Positions 9,584 to 19,633 of a stretch of 64,000 nt of DNA are shown one piece after another (position 1 is the first letter of the stretch; the number at the start of each line of letters is the position of its first letter). The notes beneath the pieces were generated by a model. It saw only the letters and a program-made list of their open reading frames with translations, ran no database searches and was not told where the DNA came from. The translations under genes were made by a program, and so were the position numbers. The stretch is from assembly GCA_963517565.1 (NCBI GenBank), contig CAUQGN010000005.1, positions 30,436 through 94,435 on the forward strand. Direction: 5' to 3'. This stretch comes from an uncultured Leptotrichia sp. (GTDB lineage Bacteria; Fusobacteriota; Fusobacteriia; Fusobacteriales; Leptotrichiaceae).

Positions 9584-9741
9584 TATCAAACAACCTTATT
9601 ATAAAAAATTATTTCTATTTTTTAAATGGCGTTTAATATAAAAATCCTTATAAAATAAAAAAGAGAGCGTCTAAATGCACCCTCTTCCATTATTTTCTGA
9701 CAATAATCAGTTTATATTAAAACTTAATTTCACAAAAAATT

Positions 9742-9894
9742 TTATTTTTTTACTTTTTCCACATCATCTTTTTTCTTTAAATCTTTATCTGTTTCTTTAT
9801 CTTCCTCCTGTTTTACTCCCCACGCTTCAGGCTTAGGCACACAAATTGGACGTCCTTCTGGCAGCATATCCCATATTTTTTTTAATATTCCCAT
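9742..9894 (-). CDS. Possible 50-aa small protein (untracked)
   Basis: MGILKKIWDMLPEGRPICVPKPEAWGVKQEEDKETDKDLKKKDDVEKVKK, with GAGGTG 8 nt upstream of the ATG, downstream of holA. No family recognised. Confidence 0.25.
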   Translation of the reverse strand: MGILKKIWDMLPEGRPICVPKPEAWGVKQEEDKETDKDLKKKDDVEKVKK

Positions 9895-10068
9895 TAGAAA
9901 TACACCTCTTTTATGTTTGCTTTCAAATTTTGTTCGTATTCTTTAATTTTTTTGTTAAAATTCTATCAAGTTCAGTTAACGTAGCTTTTAAACAATCTAA
10001 TTATAAATCAATTATTTAAACATCTTAGTTCAATATTTATATTTATTCATATCTTAGAATTTCTAAAA

Positions 10069-11052
10069 TTATTTTTTTCTAAATAATGAGCAAATTTCCA
10101 TAATTAACATTTCCACTCCTGTTTCCATTTCTATTTTACCAGTCTTTATGTCTTTTTCGATTTCCCAGCATCTAAAAACTAATTTTTTTAAACTGGCATT
10201 TGTGTAGTTTTGTTCCAATTCTATTTTTTTGAAAATTACATAGGAATTTGGGATTCTATTATTGGATTTAAAAATTTCCTTTATTTCTTCAAATTCAATT
10301 TTAAAAGTGTTGTAATTTTTACTGAATTTTTGTCCTTTCATTTTTAACGAGCTTATTTTGTACATTATTTCGAGTTCATTGTAAAGAGAATACAAGATTC
10401 CCATATATTCTTTTTTTTGCTCCAAGTATCTCATTACATCCGCTGGGTTGTTTAACAATATGTTTCGGGTCATTTCATAAATTTGATAATCTTTTTCAAT
10501 AGATACAATATTTTTAATTTTTTCAATATCAAACTTTTCTCCATCTAGAAAAATCTTAATTTTTGCAACTTCATTTCTGACCTTAAACGGATTGCTCCCT
10601 ATCATTTCAAGAAGCATTGCCACATCCCTTGCATTTATATCCAGTTCATTTACAACATAAGCCCGTATTTCCTCTTCTGTTTCCTTTTGAAATAAAAAAA
10701 CTTCCATTTGTTTATTTTTACTAAATTCATCCAGCAGCTTTTTTAATTTTACTCCAAATTTCCCCTCTTCCTTGTCATAATCAATAATAATTTCCTTATT
10801 TACTATCTCAAGATTTGCTATGTATTTCAAAATTTCCTCAATATTTTTAAGCTTTTCTGCTCTTTTCAATACTACCAGTTCCTGACTTGAAAATATGGAA
10901 TTAATATTTATTTTTTCCAAAAATTTTTCATTTTCCTTCAAATCCACATCAAAAAAACTTTCACTAATTCCAACATTTTCTTTCCGAATTTTCTCCAAAA
11001 GTTCAAAATACTTAAATTCTCTTTGCTTTTTTCCTCCAATAAAATAAATCAT
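10069..11052 (-). CDS. holA: DNA polymerase III delta subunit
   Basis: 327 aa. The overall HolA-like pattern is present (N-terminal IYFIGG, lysine-rich helical C-terminal domains). The assignment is from pattern and length only. Confidence 0.6.
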   Translation of the reverse strand: MIYFIGGKKQREFKYFELLEKIRKENVGISESFFDVDLKENEKFLEKININSIFSSQELVVLKRAEKLKNIEEILKYIANLEIVNKEIIIDYDKEEGKFGVKLKKLLDEFSKNKQMEVFLFQKETEEEIRAYVVNELDINARDVAMLLEMIGSNPFKVRNEVAKIKIFLDGEKFDIEKIKNIVSIEKDYQIYEMTRNILLNNPADVMRYLEQKKEYMGILYSLYNELEIMYKISSLKMKGQKFSKNYNTFKIEFEEIKEIFKSNNRIPNSYVIFKKIELEQNYTNASLKKLVFRCWEIEKDIKTGKIEMETGVEMLIMEICSLFRKK

Positions 11053-11157
11053 TTATTTCCTCACGTCTATAATTATTTTTTATTTCTTGAGAAAATTATA
11101 TCAAATTTTTGGTATAATTTGAACTTTAAAACAAAAAACAAATAAAATTTGTAAAAA

Positions 11158-12789
11158 TTATATTCTATATTTTTCTCTTATTTGATTTTTATATGTTTCA
11201 GCCTGAGTTCCATACACTACTTGAATTCCTTTTCCAGAACGAATTACACCTTTTGCCTCCAATTCTCTCCATCTCGCATCATCAGCAACTATAGAAGCAT
11301 CTTTTACAGTAACTCTAAGTCTTGTAATGCAGGCATCTATATTTTCTATATTTTCTGCTCCTCCCAATGAAACTACTATATTATCTATAAGTTCTGTATT
11401 TTCTTTGGCTTCGTTATAGTCTTTTCTTGTGTAAAGTTTATTTTCAGAATCTCCTCTACCTGGTGTAAGAATATTAAATTTCAAAATTAATGTTTTGAAC
11501 ACAAAATAATATACAAATGCATATACAGGCCCTAATATTAGTATCCAGTAATATGAAGTCTTTGCATTTCCTTGTAAAAGTCCAAAGAAAGTGAAATCTA
11601 TAATTCCTCTTGAGAATGTAATTCCTACTGCTACATTAAGCACATACATTAGCATATAGGCAAGTCCTTCAAGCACTGCGTGAATTACATATAGTACAGG
11701 TGCTACAAATAAGAAAGTAAATTCTATCGGCTCAGTTATTCCTGTAAGGAATGATGTCAATGCGGCTGATAGCAATATTCCTTTTATAGCCGCTTTATTC
11801 TTATCATCTGCAGTTCTGTACATTGCAAGAGCTGCTGCAGGTAACCCAAACATCATAGGTAAAAATCCACCTGTCATTGTTTTTGTCGCCGCTGCACTAA
11901 AATGTTTTACTGAAGGATCTGCAAGTTGTGCAAAGAATATATTTTGTCCTCCTGCTACCATCTGTCCTCCCACTTCCTGATAACCTCCAAGCTGAGTATA
12001 CCAGAACAGAGGATATATAGCATGGTGCAATCCAAATACATTTAACAATCTCATTGTAAATCCATAGAAGAATGTTCCTATAGCCCCTGTAGCTGCAAAC
12101 ATTTCTCCAGCTTTTACAATTCCCATAAAGATTGTAGGCCAAACAAACGGAAATATTGCTGCCAAAGGAATAAATAAAATAATTGTCATAACAGGCACAA
12201 ATCTATTTCCGCTGAAAAATGCCAAATAATCAGGTAATTTTTTATCTGAAAACTTGTTTGTAATTGCCGAAGCCACAATACCACACACGATACCACCAAA
12301 CACACCTGTCTGTAATGTAAATATTCCAAGTTCCTTCGCATATAATGCCGCCGTTCCTCTTGCCGCAGCTTCACTCAAACCTTTTCCAATAAGAGCATCA
12401 TAAGTTACTGAATCAGGAGTTATCCCTTTAAAACTCAAAATTGTCCCTATTATAGTGTGAAAAAGCAAAAATCCCAAAACTGCTGATAACGCTGCTGTTT
12501 CTTTATTTTTATTTGCAAGCCCTATAGCTACACCAACTGCAAACAGTAAAGGTAAATTTGCAAAAACAAACAATCCTACATTAGAAAACAGCTGCATAAG
12601 ATAATTTAACGGTGTTCCTGCTTCAAGAAAAGTTAAATTATACGTTTTTATAAGGACAGGATTCGTAAAAGAACCTCCCACTCCTAAAAGTATTCCCGCC
12701 ATCGGCAACACTGCGATAGGTAACATAAAAGCCCTACCTATTTTCTGTAATACTGCAAAAATTCCATTATTTTTCATAGCATATACCAT
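11158..12789 (-). CDS. PTS glucose/GlcNAc-family EIICB component (no EIIA domain)
   Basis: Polytopic EIIC domain followed by a C-terminal EIIB with the phosphocysteine motif NIDACITRLRVTV. Its position next to nanE suggests an amino-sugar (ManNAc/GlcNAc-type) substrate. Start could be 12789 or 12777. Confidence 0.85.
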   Translation of the reverse strand: MVYAMKNNGIFAVLQKIGRAFMLPIAVLPMAGILLGVGGSFTNPVLIKTYNLTFLEAGTPLNYLMQLFSNVGLFVFANLPLLFAVGVAIGLANKNKETAALSAVLGFLLFHTIIGTILSFKGITPDSVTYDALIGKGLSEAAARGTAALYAKELGIFTLQTGVFGGIVCGIVASAITNKFSDKKLPDYLAFFSGNRFVPVMTIILFIPLAAIFPFVWPTIFMGIVKAGEMFAATGAIGTFFYGFTMRLLNVFGLHHAIYPLFWYTQLGGYQEVGGQMVAGGQNIFFAQLADPSVKHFSAAATKTMTGGFLPMMFGLPAAALAMYRTADDKNKAAIKGILLSAALTSFLTGITEPIEFTFLFVAPVLYVIHAVLEGLAYMLMYVLNVAVGITFSRGIIDFTFFGLLQGNAKTSYYWILILGPVYAFVYYFVFKTLILKFNILTPGRGDSENKLYTRKDYNEAKENTELIDNIVVSLGGAENIENIDACITRLRVTVKDASIVADDARWRELEAKGVIRSGKGIQVVYGTQAETYKNQIREKYRI

Positions 12790-12894
12790 ATATTGAAACC
12801 ATTTAAAATATTATATTTCCTCCTCTCTTTGTTATTTTCTAAAACAGTTTCAATAATTTCCTTTCTATAATATTTATTTTTAATTACTAATTTT

Positions 12895-13590
12895 TTATTT
12901 CTCCATTTCCCTGACAAATCTTTGAGCAATCTCAAGAGGTCTTGTTATAGCACCTCCGACAACTACTGCAAATGCACCCAATTCCAGCATTTTTTTTGCC
13001 TGCTTCGGCTCGTGTATTTTTCCTTCTGCTATTACTGGAATATGAAGTGTTTTAGCAAGATTTTCTACTAATTCAAAATCAGGCCCTTCTGATTTTTTGC
13101 TATAGGGAGTATAGCCACTAAGTGTTGTTCCTACAAAATCTACACCAGCTTTCTCAGCATTCACACCTTCTTCAAATGTTGAAATATCTGCCATTAATAG
13201 CAAATCAGGATATTTTTCCCTAATTTTTTTTATAAATTCATTTATTGTTTTTGCTTCAGGACGTTCTCCCATTGTACAGTCTAATGCAATTATATCGGCT
13301 TTAGCTTTCACTAAATCATCTATTTCCTTCATCGTTACAGTTATATACTGAGGAAATCCTTCATATTGCTTTTTGATTAATCCTATAACAGGTAAATCTA
13401 AGTTTTTTTTGATTTCTTCAATATCTCTTATTCCATTTGTTCTTATTCCCGCAGCTCCAGCCTGTTCTGCCGCAATAGCCATAAGATGCATTATAGTCCC
13501 ATTTTCTATATAAAGAGGCTCCCCAGGCAATGCCTGGCACGAAACAATCAATTTCCCTTTTAATTTTTCCAATAATTTTTCTTTACTCAT
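12895..13590 (-). CDS. nanE: N-acetylmannosamine-6-phosphate 2-epimerase
   Basis: [13 protein letters not shown]... and [16 protein letters not shown] are typical of NanE. Length is 231 aa. Confidence 0.9.
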   Translation of the reverse strand: MSKEKLLEKLKGKLIVSCQALPGEPLYIENGTIMHLMAIAAEQAGAAGIRTNGIRDIEEIKKNLDLPVIGLIKKQYEGFPQYITVTMKEIDDLVKAKADIIALDCTMGERPEAKTINEFIKKIREKYPDLLLMADISTFEEGVNAEKAGVDFVGTTLSGYTPYSKKSEGPDFELVENLAKTLHIPVIAEGKIHEPKQAKKMLELGAFAVVVGGAITRPLEIAQRFVREMEK

Positions 13591-13865
13591 AATTACACCT
13601 TCTTTTATCCTTTAATTAATATTTCTTATATTCCTATGTTACCCCATTTTTTTAATTTGTCAATAGAAAATCTTTTTAATTTTTTATTATAAAAAAATTT
13701 TTTTTTAATCTTTTTCAAATTATATTTGAACTCTTTTATCTATCAAAATAATACTATTTCCTGTCTAAATAACGAAATTATTACAAACTTTTCTAATAAA
13801 GGGTATATTTAAAATAATTAAAATATAATTTTCATTTTTCAATCAGATTCTAGTATAAATAACCC

Positions 13866-14087
13866 GTCGGAGCATTTTTCTGTGCTGACAAAACTGTCTG
13901 AGCATAGCGAGTTTTTTGTCAGTGCAGAAAAATGTCGTAGACTAGCCATAGGTTATTGCGTAGCAATCTTGCCAAATATTTTGATTATCAGGATAAACCT
14001 TTACTGCAAGTTTTGCGGCAATGAGCAATCCTACGAGAATAAAAAGAAAAAACATAATAATATGAAAAAATATTTATTAATCAAAAT
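13866..14087. repeat. Composite intergenic repeat, most complete copy R3
   Basis: Hairpin GCATTTTTCTGTGCTGACAAAAC / GTTTTTTGTCAGTGCAGAAAAATG (13872-13894 / 13911-13934). Then GCCATAGGTTATTGCGTAGCAATCTTGCC, then ...AGGATAAACCTTTACTGCAAG..GGCAATGAGCAATCCTACGAGAATAAAAAGAAAA..., then the tail TATTTATTAATCAAAAT. These modules recur at 5455-5666, 9515-9583, 29146-29222 (inverted) and 34499-34660. Confidence 0.75.
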
Positions 14088-14224
14088 ATATAAAAAATAA
14101 TTTACTTGAATAACTATAAATTAGATATTAAACAAACCTATTATAAAAATTTTAAATCAAATTTAGTATAAAGCTATTTTTTTCAAGATTATATTATTAC
14201 AATCTATGTAATTTAAAAATTTCC

Positions 14225-14255
14225 AAAAAAAAAAGACTGAACATTTTGTCCAGTC
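14225..14255 (-). terminator. Intrinsic terminator of the nfeD-SPFH operon
   Basis: The minus strand reads GACTGGACA-AAAT-GTTCAGTC followed by T10 (A-run 14225-14234 on the + strand). Confidence 0.85.
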
Positions 14256-14264
14256 CCATATATC

Positions 14265-15179
14265 CTATTTTTGTTCTACGTCTTTATCTTTTTTAGCAAG
14301 TTCCGAAAATGCTGTAACCATTCCAGCCAGATTTTGTAACTCGCTTGGAATAATGATTTTTGTTGATTTTCCGTCTGCCACTTTTTCAAATGTTTCCATT
14401 CCTTTTAGTGACAATACCTCTTTTGTTGGTGCAGCTTCGTTTAACAGTTTCAATGCTTCTGCTTGTGCTTTTTGAATTGATAAGATTGCTTCTGCACGCC
14501 CTTCTGCTTCTTTTATCTGCTGTTCCTTTTTAGCTTCTGCTCTTAAAATTGCAGCCTGTTTTTCTCCTTCTGCAACCAATATTGCCGCTTCTCTTTTTGC
14601 TTGTGCTTCCAAAATGTTTGCTCTTTTTTCACGCTCTGCCTTCATTTCCTTTTCCATTGCTACACGAATGTCAGATGGTGGCAAAATGCTTTTCAATTCC
14701 ACACGGTTTACTTTTATTCCCCAAGGATCTGTGGCATCATCCAGTTCCTGACGCATTTTTGTATTGATAATATCTCTTGAAGTCAATGTCTGGTCAACTG
14801 TCATATCTCCAATAATATTTCTCAAAGTTGTTGCTGTCAAATTTTCAATTGCTGAAAGTGGACGCTCTACTCCATAAGTGTACAGCTTTGGATCAGTTAT
14901 CTGAAAATAAACAACTGTATCAATTTGCATTGTGGCGTTATCCTTTGTAATAACAGGCTGAGGCGGAAAATCCACAACTTGTTCCTTTAAAGACACGTTT
15001 CTTGCAACCCTGTCAAAAAATGGATTCAGAAAACTAAGTCCTGAATTTAAAGACCTATCATATTTCCCCAATTTTTCAATAATAAGTACACGTGATTCCG
15101 GTACAATCTTTATTGATTTAAAAATGTAAATTAATGCTATTACAATAAGAATAACTATTAATGGTAAACTCCAATACAT
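14265..15179 (-). CDS. SPFH/band-7 (stomatin/HflKC-like) membrane protein
   Basis: N-terminal TM, then IVPESRVLIIEKLGKYDRSL... and a C-terminal coiled coil rich in A/E/K. Classic stomatin-like sequence. Confidence 0.9.
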   Translation of the reverse strand: MYWSLPLIVILIVIALIYIFKSIKIVPESRVLIIEKLGKYDRSLNSGLSFLNPFFDRVARNVSLKEQVVDFPPQPVITKDNATMQIDTVVYFQITDPKLYTYGVERPLSAIENLTATTLRNIIGDMTVDQTLTSRDIINTKMRQELDDATDPWGIKVNRVELKSILPPSDIRVAMEKEMKAEREKRANILEAQAKREAAILVAEGEKQAAILRAEAKKEQQIKEAEGRAEAILSIQKAQAEALKLLNEAAPTKEVLSLKGMETFEKVADGKSTKIIIPSELQNLAGMVTAFSELAKKDKDVEQK

Positions 15180-15214
15180 AATAATATTACCTCCTATTTT
15201 TATTTAAAAAATTA

Positions 15215-15640
15215 TCATTTTCTTTCAAGAATTATCTTGTTGCCTTTAAAACCTTTAATTTTAACAATTTCTCCACTTGACAATATTTCCTCACTTACTC
15301 CTGTCCAAATGGATCCTTTAAATTTTACTTCATATTCCTTTTCAGCTTGTTTAGTATCGACTACTTTTTCAATTTTTACATCAGTCCCTTTCATGCTCGC
15401 ATCAAAATTTGTCTTTCTTTGCGATTCAATATATTTTCTCAAGACTGGACGTGTAAATATTAGGAAAATTACCGAAAGTACAGCAAATATTAAAAACTGT
15501 ATTAGCGAATCTTCTATAAAATTTGCAAGAAACATTACAATTAAAGCTGAAAGTGCAAACCAAATTGTTACAAGTCCTGGAATAATTATTTCCAGAATTG
15601 CTGTTATTCCTGACAAAATTGCCCAAAATAATGCTCCCAT
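15215..15640 (-). CDS. NfeD-family membrane protein
   Basis: Three N-terminal TM segments plus a C-terminal OB-like domain (YEVKFKGSIWTG..GEIVKIKGFKGNKIILE). It sits immediately upstream of the SPFH gene, which is the canonical pairing. Confidence 0.85.
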   Translation of the reverse strand: MGALFWAILSGITAILEIIIPGLVTIWFALSALIVMFLANFIEDSLIQFLIFAVLSVIFLIFTRPVLRKYIESQRKTNFDASMKGTDVKIEKVVDTKQAEKEYEVKFKGSIWTGVSEEILSSGEIVKIKGFKGNKIILERK

Positions 15641-15686
15641 TTTTCTCTCTCCTTTTTTATCTGATAAATACTTTAGCTACAAAATC

Positions 15687-15797
15687 TTAAAGTCCTGAAA
15701 AACCTACACCAACATGAATCGAATTTGTCCCTTTTCCAGTACTGCTGCAAGCCACAAGCGTGAACAAAATCATAATCAAAATAATTAGTTTTTTCAT
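15687..15797 (-). CDS. 36-aa Gly-rich lipoprotein (untracked small ORF)
   Basis: MKKLIILIMILFTLVACSSTGKGTNSIHVGVGFSGL, with lipobox LVAC and SD GGAGGA 7 nt upstream. Paralogous to 16481-16594. Confidence 0.6.
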   Translation of the reverse strand: MKKLIILIMILFTLVACSSTGKGTNSIHVGVGFSGL

Positions 15798-15856
15798 TTT
15801 ATCCTCCTAACTTTTTCAGTTATAAATTTTTAAATTTTAGTAACAAATTTATCGTT

Positions 15857-16456
15857 CTATTTTATAACAAATCTCCAGTTGCCATCAACTTTTTCCATTA
15901 ATTCTCTGCTTTCTCCATAACTATAAACAGCATTTTTTAAATTTAATTTCACAACTTTTCTTGCAGTATCCTTTATTATGCTGTCTATTTTTTGTCTGTC
16001 TGTATTTGATAAAATTTTTCCATCAATTTTTTCAAAAGAATAACCCATTTGTCTTTTAAATTCATTTTTAAACATTGCATCATATTTAGGCAGAGAATTC
16101 GTTCCTATTGTCGGAGTTTTGTATTTAGCTGTTATTTCTGCTTTCTTTTCACTTAAAAATTCAATTTTAGTGATTGTTATTTGAGCATTTGTAGACAGTA
16201 TAATAAGCGTTTCATCAACAAACTTACTGTATATCTCGTCTGATAAATTTTTATTTTTTTTATCTTCTATACGCGAAAAATGATTTTTCAATCCAGATTC
16301 TGTGAATGTATTTATTACACTTTTTTCTATAAGCACAGAATTTTTTTCCATTTCGTTCTGCGTCATTTTTACCGAAGTTCTTTTAGAAATTTTATATTGC
16401 GCTGTAAAACTTATAGAAAATACCATTAAATACAATAATATTAAGAATTTTTTCAT
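15857..16456 (-). CDS. Secreted protein of unknown function
   Basis: Signal peptide MKKFLILLYLMVFSISFTAQ. No motif recognised. Flanked by the two tiny lipoprotein genes. Confidence 0.7.
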   Translation of the reverse strand: MKKFLILLYLMVFSISFTAQYKISKRTSVKMTQNEMEKNSVLIEKSVINTFTESGLKNHFSRIEDKKNKNLSDEIYSKFVDETLIILSTNAQITITKIEFLSEKKAEITAKYKTPTIGTNSLPKYDAMFKNEFKRQMGYSFEKIDGKILSNTDRQKIDSIIKDTARKVVKLNLKNAVYSYGESRELMEKVDGNWRFVIK

Positions 16457-16480
16457 AGCTTTAACAACCTTTCCTTAAAT

Positions 16481-16594
16481 TTAAAAATAAACTCCAACTC
16501 CACCGTGCAATCCACCTGGTCCAACACCTACATTGGCTGATAAGCACGAACTTAAAGCCAAAGCCAATAAGACCAATATCAAAAGTTTTCTCAT
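16481..16594 (-). CDS. 37-aa Gly-rich lipoprotein (untracked small ORF)
   Basis: MRKLLILVLLALALSSCLSANVGVGPGGLHGGVGVYF, with lipobox LSSC and SD GGAGGA 6 nt upstream of the ATG. Confidence 0.6.
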   Translation of the reverse strand: MRKLLILVLLALALSSCLSANVGVGPGGLHGGVGVYF

Positions 16595-16697
16595 ATTTCC
16601 TCCATTTTAAATTTATTTTACTTAATATATTTTACAATATAATCTTAATTTTTCAATTTTTTATTTCTTAAAGTTGTCTAATAAATTAAATTTTATA

Positions 16698-19343
16698 TTA
16701 TTTATACAAATTCATTGATTCCTTAAACTTGGCAATTTTGTTTTCAAGCTCTTCTTTTATTCTTCTTTCTTTTTCCACAGCTTCAGGTTTTGCTTTCGCA
16801 ACAAAATTTTCATTAGATAATTTTTTCAATACTTTATCTAGTTCAACTTGAGTTTTTTCAATGTTTTTCTCCAATTTTTCAATTTCCTTGTCTAAGTCAA
16901 TTAACTCTGCCAGCGGAACAAAAATCTCAGTTGTGTCAACCAATCTAAATCCTACAAGTTTTGGAATTTCCACATTAAATTCATATTTTTCAACATTTGC
17001 CAGTTTATCCAGTATTTTGGCATTATTTTGTAAAATATTTCTTGCATTTTCATCAGCTGTCTTAAAAATAACTTCAATTTTCTTAGATGGCGAAACATTT
17101 GCTTCTCCACGGATATTTCTAATTGCCGAAATAATTTCCTTCAGATAGTCAAATTCCTTTTCAGCATCAATATTTATAAACTCTTTTTCTTCTTTTGGAA
17201 AATCTGATAACATAATTGTTTCTTCGCCAGTTTGTAATTTTTGCCAAATTTCCTCAGTAATAAACGGCATAAATGGATGCAGCATTTTCAGCCCTTTATC
17301 AAGAACATGTCTTAATACACACTGAGCTACAGTCTTGTCGCTGCCTTCCTGTCCATAAACACGTGTTTTGGCAATTTCAACATACCAGTCACAGAAATCT
17401 CCACGGAAAAATTCGTATGCCAATTTTGCAGCAGCGTCCAGTTCATATTTTTCCATATTTTCATTAATCAATTTTGAAGCAGTCTGCAATTTAGATAAAA
17501 TCCATTTATCTTCAAGTTTAAATTCTGAATTATCCACAGTTGTTGAAACATCAAAATCTTCCAGATTTGACAATACAAATCTTGACGCATTCCACACTTT
17601 ATTTGCAAAAGCTGAACCCATTTCAAGAAGTTTTTCTGAAAAATGAATGTCCTGCCCTTGTGAAGTATTGTATAAAAAGCTGAATCTTATTGCATCTGCA
17701 CCGTATTTTGCTATCAAGTCAAGGGGATCAGGAGAGTTTCCTAGAGATTTACTCATTTTTCTACCTTTTTCATCCCGTATAATTCCATGCAGGTAAACAT
17801 AATTAAATGGTATTTCATCTTTTATATAAAGGCTCATCATTACCATTCTTGCTACCCAGAAAAATAAAATATCTGCTCCTGTAACAAGTGCATTTGTCGG
17901 AAAAAATTTTTTCAGATCTTCAGTTTCGTTTGGCCAGCCCAATGTTGAAAATGGCCATAATGCTGATGAAAACCAAGTATCAAGCACATCTGTTTCTTCC
18001 GTCAAGTTCACATCTTTTCCAAATTTTTCACATGCCTGCACTTTTGCCTCTTCCAGACTTTTTGCTACAAAAACTGTTCCGTCTTCTGAATAATAGGCAG
18101 GTATTCTGTGTCCCCACCAGATTTGACGTGAAATTGTCCAGTCCCTTATATTTTCCAGCCAGTTGTAATAAACTTTTTCCCATCTTTTTGGCGTAATTTG
18201 AATTTTTCCATTTTTTACAACTTCCAATGCTCTTTTTGCAAGCGGCTCCATTTTTACAAACCATTGCGTAGAAACTCTTGGCTCAATAATCGAATTACAT
18301 CTGTAGCAATGCCCCACAGCATTTTTATGATCTTTTACTCCAACTAGCAGTCCCTGCTCTTCCAAATCAGCAAGTATAGCCTTTCTAGCTGCAAATCTTT
18401 CTAGCCCCTGATATTTCCCACCATTTTCATTTACATGCGCATCTTCTGTAAAAATATTTAAAAATGCAAGTCCAGTTCTTTTTGCCACTTCAAAGTCGTT
18501 AGGATCGTGTGACGGAGTCATCTTAACTACCCCAGTCCCAAACTCCATATCTACATATTCATCTGCCACAATTGGAATTTCTCTGTTCATAAGAGGCAAA
18601 ATTACAGTTTTTCCAATCAGATGCTTGTATCTTTCATCATTTGGATTTACTGCAACCCCTGTATCTCCAAGCATTGTTTCAGGACGAGTTGTAGCAATTA
18701 CAAATTCCTCATCGCTATCTTTAATCGGATATCTAATTTCCCAGATTTTTCCATTTTTATCCTCATGATTTACCTCATCATCAGCAAGTGCTGTCTTATC
18801 GTGCGGACACCAGTTTACAATATATTCTCCACGATAAATAAGCCCATCACTGTAAAGTTTGATAAACACTTCCTTTACAGCTTCCGAAAGCCCTTCATCC
18901 ATAGTAAATCTCTCTCTTGTCCAGTCCAGCGAAACTCCCAGTTTTCTAAGCTGTTTCGTAATTAGCCCTCCATGTTTTTCCTTCCATTCCCAAGTTCTTC
19001 TCAAAAACTCATCATACCCAATTTCTTCTTTAGAAGTCCCTTCATCAGCCAGCATTCTCTCAACTTTATTTTGCGTAGCAATCCCAGCATGATCCATCCC
19101 TGGAATCCAAAGCGTATCAAATCCGCTCATTCTCTTATATCTAATAATCGAATCCTGTATTGAGTTATTAAGCATATGCCCCATATGCAAAATCCCTGTA
19201 ACATTTGGCGGCGGAATAGCAATTGAATATCCTGGCTTTTCTGCATTGTGCTGTGCATTAAAATACCCTTTTTCTTCCCATATTTTATACCATTTATCTT
19301 CTATTTCATTTGGTGAATAAACTTTATTCAGTTCGTTTGGCAT
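16698..19343 (-). CDS. valS: Valine--tRNA ligase
   Basis: 881 aa with the class I HIGH (PPPNVTGILHMGH) and KMSKS motifs and a C-terminal coiled coil. Confidence 0.97.
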   Translation of the reverse strand: MPNELNKVYSPNEIEDKWYKIWEEKGYFNAQHNAEKPGYSIAIPPPNVTGILHMGHMLNNSIQDSIIRYKRMSGFDTLWIPGMDHAGIATQNKVERMLADEGTSKEEIGYDEFLRRTWEWKEKHGGLITKQLRKLGVSLDWTRERFTMDEGLSEAVKEVFIKLYSDGLIYRGEYIVNWCPHDKTALADDEVNHEDKNGKIWEIRYPIKDSDEEFVIATTRPETMLGDTGVAVNPNDERYKHLIGKTVILPLMNREIPIVADEYVDMEFGTGVVKMTPSHDPNDFEVAKRTGLAFLNIFTEDAHVNENGGKYQGLERFAARKAILADLEEQGLLVGVKDHKNAVGHCYRCNSIIEPRVSTQWFVKMEPLAKRALEVVKNGKIQITPKRWEKVYYNWLENIRDWTISRQIWWGHRIPAYYSEDGTVFVAKSLEEAKVQACEKFGKDVNLTEETDVLDTWFSSALWPFSTLGWPNETEDLKKFFPTNALVTGADILFFWVARMVMMSLYIKDEIPFNYVYLHGIIRDEKGRKMSKSLGNSPDPLDLIAKYGADAIRFSFLYNTSQGQDIHFSEKLLEMGSAFANKVWNASRFVLSNLEDFDVSTTVDNSEFKLEDKWILSKLQTASKLINENMEKYELDAAAKLAYEFFRGDFCDWYVEIAKTRVYGQEGSDKTVAQCVLRHVLDKGLKMLHPFMPFITEEIWQKLQTGEETIMLSDFPKEEKEFINIDAEKEFDYLKEIISAIRNIRGEANVSPSKKIEVIFKTADENARNILQNNAKILDKLANVEKYEFNVEIPKLVGFRLVDTTEIFVPLAELIDLDKEIEKLEKNIEKTQVELDKVLKKLSNENFVAKAKPEAVEKERRIKEELENKIAKFKESMNLYK

Positions 19344-19633
19344 TATTTTTCCTCCTGTTTTAATTTTATATTATAGTCAATCCACTTAAAAATTCGAGTA
19401 ACAATTATAACATTAACTATATCCTGACTTTCTACTCTCGTTTTAAACTAAAATTGCTATATATTTTTTTATTTAAATTTTTTTATTTCATGAATCCTAT
19501 TGTATATTCTATCACAAAGCTGAGTTTTTTTCTACTTTTATAGAAAAATTAACAAAAAAAGCTCACTAAAATGACTAATCATCATTCAAATGAACTTTTG
19601 AACTTTTCATATTAAATCTTTAAAATTAAATTT

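Noticed and set aside
9379-9636. Track ORFs 9379-9636 and 13882-14100 (+ strand, 72-85 aa).
   Set aside because: Both are generated by copies of the intergenic repeat family (shared LYC..GNEQSYE.KK text). They have no SD and run across hairpin modules.
16861-19163. Multiple antisense ORFs inside valS, with similar ones inside nfeD, the PTS gene, comM, accC, the tannase gene and proA.
   Set aside because: All are embedded opposite well-supported long genes, lack ribosome-binding sites, and have compositions typical of antisense frames.
19344-19633. Possible T-box leader upstream of valS (290-nt spacer).
   Set aside because: I could not find the conserved T-box sequence (AAnnnGGGTGGTACCGCG-like), a specifier-loop arrangement, or a terminator/antiterminator pair. 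The spacer mostly contains the SemiSWEET 3' end and AT-rich promoter DNA.
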